DNA from: Euprymna scolopes
Lineage: Eukaryota
Direction: 5' to 3' (one strand)
NCBI GenBank assembly: GCA_053919585.1
Contig: CM132795.1
DNA: 64,000 nucleotides
A program made the position numbers and the translations under genes. Under the pieces are notes generated by a model. That model was given only the letters and a program-made list of their open reading frames with translations. It was not told the DNA's origin and ran no database searches. Shown here in pieces: positions 53,103-64,000 of the stretch; positions within the stretch are counted from its first letter, which is position 1; each line of letters starts with the position of its first letter.

Positions 53103-53411
53103 ATGATATTTTAATTTATATAGAGTTTGTTATTATTATAGAATAAATTTTCTATTCCTTATATTACAATACTTAATATATAGTAGCAATGTAAAAAAAT
53201 TACTTGGATGCCATGCCCAATTCCTTAGCATCTCTGCCACACCCATATGCATATAATAACTTATAAATGTAGATGTGTACATGAAAACAGCTTTATTTAA
53301 CTACTCCTACGAAAGTTAACATTTTAATTTTCAATTTTGACACATAGCAACATTTTTATATACTTATAAAGTTAAGTTATTTTCTCACTCTAGCATTGAT
53401 ATTAGTATGTG

Positions 53412-53575
53412 ATCTATCCCGGATTACGCCGGCATGTTACACCCTGTGAGGGTGTGTTAGTGCAGGTAAAGTTCAAGGGTTAAGTTGAGTGCATATGTCA
53501 AACTCTGTAGCTGGGGTCGATAATAGCACCCTGAAATAGGTCATTCGGGTACATGTGAAAGGGAACGGGAAAAGA
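53412..53575 (+). repeat. ~165-bp unclassified repeat (second copy at about 54912-55075)
   Basis: Shared ATCTAT..CGG.TTACGCCG.CATGTT...TATGTCAAACTCTGTAG.TGGG.TCGA...TGAAATA.GTCATT. Confidence 0.8.
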
Positions 53576-56500
53576 AAGAAAGAAATTGATTGTTTTTTGT
53601 TTTGTTTTGAAGAGAGATTGTTGTTCACATTACCTTTAAGAGTATTTCCTGTTATTTTATTTTCGGCGTTTTCTTTTTTGGAGAAGAAGAAAAATGTTAG
53701 TGAAATTGTACGCTGTCAATCCAGCCCATGAAAGTGGATGTGTTTCTCAATTATTGGTAGGATTGGCCGGTGATGCCTGGATTAGAGAAGTTTAATCCTT
53801 TTGGACTTTTTTCGTCAGTATAATTTTATTGCTTGTTGCGATGTTTGCAGTTTAATTAGACGTATATTAATGTCGACGTTAAATGTAAAATATGCATGTA
53901 AGAGCGTTCCTAATTTTTTGTTGGCTTGCTCGCTTAATTAGATGACATTTTCTCAATTATAACTATTAAAAAGATGTCACAAAAACAGAGCGTAGTTGCG
54001 ATATGTGAACGAGAGATACGGAAAATGCAAAGGTCAGCGACTAGGATAGATTTAAATCAAAAGGTCGTATTACGGTCGGTAAATTATTTTATATTTTCCG
54101 GAGTGATTAACATTTACAAGCCAAAATATTTAGCTGCAGTTAAGATGTGGTTTAAGCTCAAGCTACAAAGTTTGAGAACGGGGATTTTCAGTTCGTTTTG
54201 TCCGTAAACCTATGGGCTTAAATACTGGTAGTAACTGCAACTAGAGTCAGTAAACAATACGACCTATATACGTAAAGTTTCGGATGGATCCGCTCTATGG
54301 GCCTTAACAGGTTACAAATGCCTAACCTTGGAAAATAAAGATTATTCCTCTGACATGGACCGGACGGTTAAAAGGGCAAAAGAATTGCTATTAGGTTGAG
54401 AATCACTCGAGTGACGAGAGGTGAAGTATATAAAATAAGAGAAAAAAGGGTCGGCATAATAACACGTTAATCAGTAGATTGCTTCCTAAACGGGAGTGAT
54501 AATATAACAAGATACCTTATAAGTGAATAGGTTGAGCCTAATTTTGTGCGCTACACTTTGGCTGAGATATAGGAAAAATCACACATCGTCCTTCGAAACG
54601 ATAGTTAGTAAATATGTAAGTGCATTCCACTGGCGCAAGGAGGGTAAGTTTAGTTATGGGTGTAACATTTTTCCGGATTTATCCCAGGGGCGGTGGTTTT
54701 CTAAGCTTTGGAAATCCGAGTGATTTGGTACGTAGAAGATATTTTGAAAACTGACCATCGTAGATATGTAAGTAGGGGTTTCAGTTTTGTTGCCCAGAAG
54801 TATGGTATGATTGAGATGACGGAGCGTATAAGTCGATGACAGAAATACGAGGATGGTTTAGTAAAACCAGGGTCAGAAGGGAGAGTCAGAAAAAATCCGG
54901 CGGACGAGTGAATCTATACCGGGTTACGCCGTCATGTTTAAAACTATGTAGGAGTTGGCTAGTGGAAGAAGAGTTCAAAGATTAAGTTACTGACGTATGT
55001 CAAACTCTGTAGTTGGGTTCGACGATAGCAGCTTGAAATAAGTCATTTGAATACTGGCGAAAGAAAATGTGAAGAGAAAAAGGAAAGTGAAAGCGAGAGA
55101 GCATAAAAGAAAGAAGGGAGCATATCTATTCTCTCATATGCAAGTCAGTCTGGGTTCCGATTTTGGATGAAACAGACCTGTGGAGATTGTCGCAAAGATG
55201 CAAAAAAGAGTTAAGGACGGTCTATAGGAAAATGTTAAAGTGCCAAGATTGAGAAAGCAATACACCAAGCATTAATTAAAAGAAGCCTCCGACTTGTTAT
55301 TTGTGCATGCCTTGCAGCTACGAGCGACGAAGCTAAGAGGTAGAAAAAAAGGCATGTCAACGTTTGGTTACACACATATTTAGACATATATCTTTGAACA
55401 ACGAACTTTCATTAATTACTTTTAATTTTTTATTGGCCCTTATAATGATTGGTTTCATTTCACTTTAATGCTGGATTCTATTCATGCATAGTTTCTACAT
55501 TCTGCATAATTGCGTAGAATTTAAGATGAATATATTCTAGCACGCAGAAATATTTTTATATATTTTTATCTTTATATGAAAGTGACCTTGGCAATATGCG
55601 TTAGAAAAGTTTCTAATGGACTCCCCTCTGAATATTTGGTATACAGATTGATTTATAGGGTATTTGGACCCGTAACACACTTTCATTTTGTTTTTAGGGG
55701 TGTTATAGTGATAAAATGGACGGGGTTACTCTAAATAAAGAAAGTAAAAGTTATCGTCTCTTATAGATCTTTTAAAAGACTAAAGAGTTCTACAGGGAAT
55801 CGAGGATAAGATGGCAGCTTTGCTTGACATTGAATATCGTTCTGTAAATAATTAAAATTTTCTGCCGTGTATAAATTGTATTTAAAAATACAATCAACTA
55901 GTTTACTTGTTATTTGAATATTTAATGATCCTGACATTCCATTTTCCGATCACAGCTAAATTTAGTGACGAGATGAAATGACATTAAATACCAAAAACAT
56001 AAAAAATATCAAAAACAAAAACGCACACATGGTCTAAAAAAAAGAAGAAAACTTCGGAAAAATCTTTTCTGTGCAAACGAAAAAAAGTCTTTTGCAAAAT
56101 AATTTTTTGCTTTAACACATGAAAAAGATACTTTTTCCAAACCATTTTTTGTGAAAACACTAAAAAAATAAAATTTTCCACAATTAATTTTTTGTGAACA
56201 CACGAAAAAACAAATAAAGTAACATTTTTTTGCGAACAAACGAAAAAAAAGGAAATGTGCATAAACAAAAGAAAACAATCGGAATTATTTAGGTCCGAAT
56301 TATCGAGAAAATTATTGTGAAAAACTAAGAAGAGTAAGAAGAATCTTTAAAGGCTGAAAATAGTTTAATTGGAACTTTAACGGCACAATTATGCAAACAA
56401 GTAATGAAAACACCAAACTCAATTGCTCTGGACACGATGACTGATTTTCATTCAATCCGCATTTAAAACAAATTTTTACTGCTTGGTGTGGCCGATAGAA

Positions 56501-56929
56501 TGATCCGTTTCAGCCTTCAGTCCAAAGCGTCGGGTAATATATGCAGCTTTAGCCAAAGTAGAAAAAGAATCAGATCGTCTACAAAAAAAAAAAAAAAATG
56601 AGTAATCCAACCTACAAATTACTCGTCCTGGGCAGCATCTATTGTCATTGTAACGAAGCCTAATGTGCGCACTTCAGCAGAGGATTAAATGATAGACTGG
56701 AGGCGCATCGATATCCACTGTACTGTAAAACTCAACAGTGGAACTTGTTTTGCAAAACCGGACGCTGCAAATGCATATCTTTCAATGAAAGTTGATGAAA
56801 ATCTGCACCCCCTTTTCATTTTATTTTTTACTTTGAAGGCTACTATTTATCAAGGCTCTATGGCAACTCTAGGATATGGGTTAAGTATTAAGTAGATATT
56901 CTGCACTTAGTCAAGAGAGGTAAGGGTAT

Positions 56930-57520
56930 TTTTTTAGCTCCACCCCAGATGTCGTAGGAGTACTCCCTCTTAGAATGAAATTGGTCTTGTACAGGAAGAG
57001 GATCGCGGCGGTAGTGAGATACCTCGGGAGTGGTTAGGGATCTGATGTAGGTATTTTATTTCAGATTTAGGGTAAGAATGAGTCTCAAAAACTTATGTCT
57101 GCATAGATGTTGACAAATGATCGAAGAAAATGGTTTGTGAGACCCTTGGTAAAGGTAAGAAAGAGAGTTGGGCCCAATGTGGATCCTTTGGGCATGCCAT
57201 CATTACTACTGTGACCTACGTATTTCTGCCTATTAACGACCACTTTAATAGACCTATCAGAGCGAAAGGATTTTATGCTTGAGAGGACATTTCCAGCCAT
57301 TCCGTAGCTGGAGATTTTATGAAGTAAACCAGTGTGTCAGACCCTATCAAATGCTTTAGATATGCTAAGAGCTACCACTCAAGAAATGAAACCTTCGTCA
57401 TTAAATTCACTGATTCTGTGTGATATCACAATTAGCAAATCAGCTGTTGATCTCTCAAACCCATATTGCATGCCACTGAAAAGGTTATTTTTGTTGAGAT
57501 GATTGACAATTTCTCTATCT
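56930..57520 (-). mobile_element. Old CR1/L2-group LINE RT fragment
   Basis: RSTADLL, ISKAFDRV, GSTLGPTLFL and NIYAD, then degenerate downstream sequence with deletions. Confidence 0.85.
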
Positions 57521-57524
57521 ATCA

Positions 57525-58442
57525 TTTTTTTTTTTTACACAGTGATCACCACTTATCAAGGCCCGGAAGCCACTCAGGGATAAGTGTTATTGCAAGTACA
57601 TTAAGTTAGTGAGGAGATTTGCTGAAGTGTTTACTTAAGGGGGCGGTTCATTAGGAATTTGTTAACATTGGACTTGAAGACATCCAAATTGTAGTCCGGA
57701 GGGAAGCAGGCAAACGGAACAGAGTTCCACAGGCGTGCAGTTCTAAGAAAGAAGCTTTGTTCATGGAATCCGCGTTTTGATTTAGGCACAGATATAGAGT
57801 GGGGGGAATTTTTCACAGTGGATTCAGCTAGACGGGTGTTTTTCGTGAAAGATTGGCGAGGGGGGACCAGAAATTGGAGTTCAGACGAGCATCTGCCATG
57901 GAAATAACGATAAAACAAGGACAGGCTCGCAACGTCTCTTCTGTGGGAGAGAGGTTGCAGGGTAGAGAAAAGGGCATCCCCCACTAAGCCACGAAGTCTA
58001 TTTTGTACTCTGTCAAGGCAGGATAGGCTGTTTTTAGCAGCTCCTGCCCAGATATGGCAACAGTATTCCATCCTTGGACGTACTTGGCTTTTATATAGAT
58101 AGAGAATTGCATCAGTAGTGAGATATATTCTGGAGTGGTAGAAGGATCCCACCATCTTTCCAGCGACCTTGACAACAGACTTGATGTACGTGTTCCATTT
58201 CAGATCAGGAGTAAAGGTCAAACCCAGAAGCTTGTCAAAACACGGAGCCTCACCCAGACGAGAGCCATCCATCACAATTGATGCCAGATGGGGATCAGAG
58301 CGTTGATGATGTAAGGATAGGAGTTTGGTTTTGGATGCATTAAAGGTAACCAGCCACATCTTCCCCCACTGAACCACGCGCTCGAGATCAGAGGAGAGAG
58401 AATCAGAGAGAATTTTGTCATTTACAGCTTTTGATGTGTTGT
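57525..58442 (-). mobile_element. 5'-truncated younger LINE (family of 23480-25637) with poly(A) tail
   Basis: T-run at 57525-57536; 3' UTR matches 25570-25637; open 248-aa frame at 57631-58377 ending KFLMNRPLK*. Confidence 0.95.
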
Positions 58443-59207
58443 ATTAGCAAACTGTCTTTTCATGTTAGAAATTAAGCAGTAATATTTCAATATTTTAAAA
58501 CTGATTTTTTGTTATAAGTTTTTAACAGGGGGTGGAGGTTCAAATTGATATTTTCATCAATTTTTTATGCATGTATACATATTTAAAATGTACACCCTTA
58601 AGCATGTTAAAATAATTCGACTACATTCGTAATTTAGATCATTTATCTGAGGCTTCTTTTTCTTTATATATAATGCTTAAAGTATTTTCAATCTTTTTAT
58701 ATTATTTTCGCTTTGTTAGACTTTAGTATTTTCACCCATGATTCTTCAGAATTCAGAATGATGGCAGCCATTCTTTTTTTTAAATTTGCGATATTGGACT
58801 AGAATCGGAGAGGTGGAGAGTTAGTCTTCGCGACAACGTGCTTGCAGTTTATCCCTGTAGTTAGCAGTATTAGAAACACAATCTACAAATGGGCAGTTAA
58901 ATTGATAAACTACATTGATATTTGTCTGCGAAATGTCGTTTTTGATAACGTGGTAAGTCGTCTGTAGTTTTTTTTTATAATAGATATTTTATTGTTATCG
59001 TTGGAAACTACATATCGACAGATTATATTTGTTAGAATACTTTCATTAGTTTTGGAGTTCTTGTTTAGCTGGTTATGGTAATATATATAAATAGGTTGAG
59101 GATTTTCTTGTTGGATATTAGTAGATGGGTGTAAGTTGTTGATAGTTTTATTTTTGTTATCTACAAGAGAGTTTGGTTATTAACTAAAACCTGTTTTATA
59201 TTTTTTT

Positions 59208-59388
59208 AATTCGCTAAAGAATATTTTTTGTTTGAGGAAATCACCTTCGCGCGATCCATAAGACGTCAATTCCTGCATTTAAAATGTCAAAAGTGAATGT
59301 CCGTTCCGTTATAAAACCACTATAATAAAACATCTTATAGATCGCGCAAAGGTGATTTCCTCAAACAAAAAATATTCTTTAGCGAATT
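59208..59388. repeat. Inverted repeat with 59-bp arms and a 63-bp spacer (MITE-like)
   Basis: Arms 59208-59266 and 59330-59388 differ at only 3 positions. Confidence 0.92.
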
Positions 59389-59699
59389 CTACCCCTAAAG
59401 GATCTCAAATCCTTATTATCCAGATTTCCTGGAAACAAAATAATGTTATTATAAATACTTGTAATGGTTAAAATAAGTTTATTTGCATATGTTATTTTCT
59501 AACGTAATCGAAAAGGTCAAACCATCTAACAACTTAAACTGAGGTTTTTACTTTGGTTAATCAAGACTTTCATAGCAAGGGAAATAATTAAGTCTTTCAT
59601 AACTGCCAGCATGTTGAATTGTTGACTACAAGATGATCGTGTCCAGTTGACTACAAGATTATTGTTTACAAGTAAACAAGGCCAATTTATACCCAAATT

Positions 59700-59810
59700 T
59701 CACCACTAACCATCATCACGCTGTTTTCTCAGTGACCACAGTACACTTACGAATCCTGATTCTCGAGCGACCTTCGGGCCTTGATAAGCAGTGACTCTCC
59801 TGTGGAAAAG
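59700..59810 (+). mobile_element. Short LINE 3'-end fragment
   Basis: ...CCTTCGGGCCTTGATAAGCAGTGACTC resembles the 3' UTR at 25590-25622. Confidence 0.65.
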
Positions 59811-61145
59811 ATATAATTTTTGGAATCTTATTTGATAATTTAATTTGGTATTTTGAAGTATGTTTACTGATGTTATTATTTGGTATTTTTACAAATTTTC
59901 ACTAAATAAATTGATACTTTACATCTGACGTTTTTATCGGCTTTTCTCTTTTACGCAACGTTCACGTTGCAATCATCCAATCTTTTTCTACTTTATATTT
60001 TAATCGTCAATGACAGGTTTAATATTCGTTAGAGATATAATGTGTGAAGTGCCTTTTTTGTTGCTGTTCCACTTCTTTCCCCACCAACTCCCGCCGCTTT
60101 AATGTAGTAGTGTTTTTTTTTCTCTGGTCATGATCTACCATCAGTAAATAAAACATTTTGCAAACAGAAAGAAACAAACGACATTCTCTGAGAGTCTTTA
60201 AGGATTTGATTTTCGGACGGATTGATTGACACAAGAGAAATACTAAAGTTTCTTAATTAGTTAACTTATCTTCTTAACACTAATGGCTGTACCATGGAGA
60301 GAGGTCTTAGGGGAGCATTTCTTTCTTGGCAATTTCAAAGTTTCATTACAGCATTCGGGGAGATTTATCTCCTGCGGCTTTCCTAGACATGCTAGCATTT
60401 TTGCTCGCACGGCCCGCGGAGAAAAACTGATTTGAAAATTTCTTTTTTTTTTTCTCAGCTCGACAAAAAGTTGCGTCAATCGTATTCTCAACTCATCCCT
60501 ATTTTGCCTACCTCATCTGACCTTATACTTTGTGTTCTAAATTGTTTTAATCTATATATGCTTTACCCTGAGAATAATCTGTTTTGAAGATTTAGCGTCA
60601 TCATAGGTTACACTGCTCGCTCGGTGGTAAAAATTAATAGTTTATATCACGAGAACCTTCCAGTTTGCTTTAATCTAATAAATTAGGATATATTTATTAC
60701 CTGTCTAAAATATAATCTCACCCGTTTTATTAATATTATTCTTGATTGATTCGTTAAATAATATATAAAACTATCCAAGTCGCGACTTAACTCATAAGGC
60801 CGTCTCAGCGGTCGCACCCCGATAGATATAAACTTATTTGCAACCTCACGGATCGCTGAGCCGAATAAAAATCTCCTCCTCCGCAAACCGAGAAGAGAAA
60901 AGGTATAGTTTTTAGTATCTAAACAGATACTACACTTTTTTTATCATCCAAAAGTTCACAAACCGGGCAATTTTGTGCGATGCACTTTCCATTGTCTAAT
61001 GCCCCCAGCATGTGTCTCTGTTGTACAGAAAAGTTGATTAAACACACGCTACGAATCTTTTGTTGTTTAATCAATTCTCTTCTAGATTGGTCTGTTTCCG
61101 ATGCTGTCGCGACGGAGTGAAATTTGTATCAAACATTCCAGAAGA

Positions 61146-61146
<1 letters not shown>

Positions 61147-61197
<51 letters not shown>
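61147..61197. repeat. (TAA)n microsatellite
   Basis: Direct. Confidence 0.99.
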
Positions 61198-61201
<4 letters not shown>

Positions 61202-61961
61202 TTAACGATCGAATAGTCTATACTAATAAGCGTATTGTCTGCGAAGTATTAACACAATTATGCAAAGACATTTAAAACATGAAATAGTAAAAAAAAAAAA
61301 ATGTTTAAGCGTATCTTTTTTTCCTTTTTCTTTCTTTTTCTGAGCGTGATGACTAAACACTCATTGTAGTGATAATTTTCTGTCTCTGTTAGAGAGGTAT
61401 GGGAGGTAGTCAGCGTTTTCCCTCATTTAGACAGTCAAACGAGCTTCTTGATATTGTAGACCACGATTTTTGGGCTACTGGTTTCACTTGGCTTTCGGGC
61501 CAAGAACAAAGTGATTCAACCATTATTATCTTTTTTTTTGTTTTTACACGCAAATAAAAATGTTTTAAGCAATTGGGTTCTAAGGAGGACGTCACCCAAT
61601 ACAAAAGGATGAATGCGGTATTATGGTGGAAGAATATAACTAGCTAAGAGAAATTTTGTTTAGTTCTGAAGTGGCAGGGATGACCAACGACCTCCATGTT
61701 CCCCCTTTTTGTGTTGGGCTTGTGCCTAAGTTTTTGTTCGTGTTATTTTTTTTAGCCTGAATAAAGGATTTAATATGTCAAAGTGTAGTCCTTCAGTTGA
61801 TACACTTTAATTTCTTGTTCACTGTTAGTGGAGGAGAAATCCTTAACGACTGAGACAATTTTTATTTTTGTCCCTTTCTCCATATTAAAAAACGACAAAA
61901 AAAGGGCAAAATAAATAGGTACTCGAGGAATTCTCACTTAGATCTCTTTCTCACCAATTCC

Positions 61962-62503
61962 TGTTATGGTTGGATTTCGATAATAACTAAGTAGCCGTCC
62001 ACTTCACTTACCTTTTCGAGCCTGTTTCGCTTGGCTTTCCCTTGTGTTGTGAGGGAGGGATCCCACGTTGGATTGGGCTTTTTGCTAACTGGAACTCTTC
62101 TGTCTCTTTTTCCCCATTGTTTTTCTTTTCTCTGTGTAACTCTTTCTATATGTAGGTAAATGTGTGGAGACAGGCGATCGTACCCATCCTCAATAACCAA
62201 CCAGAGGCGAAATACTTTACACCCCGGCGAGTAATCATTGGTTAACCCTAATTTATCGGTATTTACCTTCACTATAAAATTCTTCGATTCTCACGGTAAG
62301 AACGACATCCACACAGGTTATCCGATGAGATTAGTCCGGATATCAAAGTGTACACACTATAATCTTTTATGATAAGAACTCCTTGCATCTGGTCCGGTGT
62401 TCAAGCGAAGCCAAACAATTACCCTATATCAGCGTCTGTCTATGAGAACTTTAGCTGACCAGTATGTAGAGGACTAGGACATATAAATCCTAATCCCGTT
62501 ACA
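61962..62503. mobile_element. Possible solo LTR
   Basis: TGTTATGGTTGGATTT ... AAATCCTAATCCCGTTACA imperfect terminal inverted repeats; no TSD seen. Confidence 0.35.
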
Positions 62504-63313
62504 AAAGAAAATAATGAAACGAATGGAATTGAAGGAAACAAACACTCAATTGATGGATAAGATAAACGTCGTTTATTTACTGTTGAAAGAATGAATGTTT
62601 TAGATATAACATGTGTTCATGTCCGCGCGGGTGTAACCATCGTTTGTAGAGGACTGGTATTGTAGAAGGAAAAAGGAAATGTGTTTTCATCTCACGATCG
62701 TTTGTTCGCGCGTGGGAAAAGAAGTGAGTAATATAGTAGAAATGAGAATGATAGTCCAGCGTGTAGACAAAGACAAAGGATAGAGGGTTTACATCAGTTA
62801 AACTGTGCGCCATGTTAGCCGTCAGATACGCGGTGGTGTTCTCTGGCACAATAGTAGATAGAGAGGAAGAGTGTACGTACTGTCTGTTGGTCTTTTGTCC
62901 CACATTGTAGTAAATGATGTGAGGTACGCGCGTGCGCGCATGCCAAAAAGGCACGCTGTCGGTCCGTAGACCAACCAGCTCGAAAGCTGGGCCGAAAAGA
63001 AAAGGTTGGAAACAGCTTTTCTTTTCCTTTTATAGGTGTTTCCGGTGTGTCTTTTGCGCATGTGTGGATTTCTTTTGTCCATGCGTGCGTGTATGTGAGT
63101 ACATGTGCGTACGTAAGCGTGTGTGTCTATACACGTGAATTTGAGTGTATGTACGCGAACGTGAATATATGTACGTGTGTGGACGTGGGCGCGTATGTTT
63201 GTGTGCGCGTATGTATATGACAAGTAATATAGCTTGAAATGTGAACGCGTGTTTTTGTGTGAGACTAGAAAAGGCTCGCGCAATACTCCCCTTCCTAGGA
63301 AAAAATATATGCA

Positions 63314-63392
<79 letters not shown>

Positions 63393-64000
63393 GTAATGTT
63401 TTCGGCAATTGACCTTTCGTCCTGTTTTTTTGCCGTTGGTCTGGTTGTTTAAATAAATGTCAAAAACGGAATGTCAAAAACGGAGTGTGTTCGGAAAAAA
63501 AAAGTATTTACTTACACGTGGAAAAGCGTTTACTTTTTTTTTAGGCTGACATTTGTTTGCTTGGTTTTTGTTGTGTGCTGACATGTGGAACGAGTTGCTT
63601 GGACAGAGAAGTGAATTGTTCGTTTGGAAGGGAATTTTTTTTTTGTTTCGTGGTGACGTCGTGTGTCCAATTGCCATTGTCTTCGCATGTGAGTCTGCGG
63701 TAGTATGTGCATTGTTTGGACGGGCGCTAGTTGCACCGTTCTTGTTGAACGATGAGTTTGGTTGCCGGCTGTCGACGAAACTTCCAAGTTGTGAGTTTAT
63801 CAGCGTGCGTCGTGCATCTCAACTCGTATTGTTGATTCAACTTCTTCCTATGTGTTGATAGCGATGTCCTGTAATTCTTTCTTTGTTGTTGCGTCTGCTG
63901 TGCGAGAGAGAATGTGTATAGGCCTATGTGATTTTGGTCCTCGCGTTTGTTGCAGGGTAATGTCAGGAAACCGTGAAAAATGTTTGTCGAGCTCGAATTT

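Noticed and set aside
54200-54900. Possible decayed RNase H of an I-group LINE (VVLFTDS on the minus strand)
   Set aside because: Only one short motif; too degraded to support without a profile search.
56930-58442. Circularly permuted single LINE
   Set aside because: The left piece continues with degenerate sequence overlapping the right piece and is more decayed, so these are two separate copies.

Overview
AT-rich, repeat-dominated eukaryotic (animal, probably invertebrate) genomic DNA with two assembly gaps. No intact host protein-coding gene can be supported. The window is a nest of decayed mobile elements: CR1/L2-group LINE fragments of two families, a full-length RTE LINE with an 11-bp TSD, two Tc1 elements (one split by a solo LTR), a mariner, a maT/DD37D-like relic, several non-autonomous Helitrons and a hAT-type MITE. 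It also holds three large satellites (35-bp, 28/29-bp and 25-bp monomers) and local segmental duplications. The most notable part is 41.9-48.9 kb, which carries structured-RNA elements. One is a tandem 383-bp GC-rich non-coding unit with several compensatory base-pair changes between copies and a hairpin that forms only across the monomer junction (a retrozyme/circular-RNA-like candidate with no ribozyme class I can recognise). There is also a tRNA-derived SINE head fused to a type I hammerhead ribozyme, and three further Penelope-style minimal hammerheads. The 25-bp satellite appears to have expanded from a single motif inside a locally duplicated unit. All calls were made by eye, without database searches.
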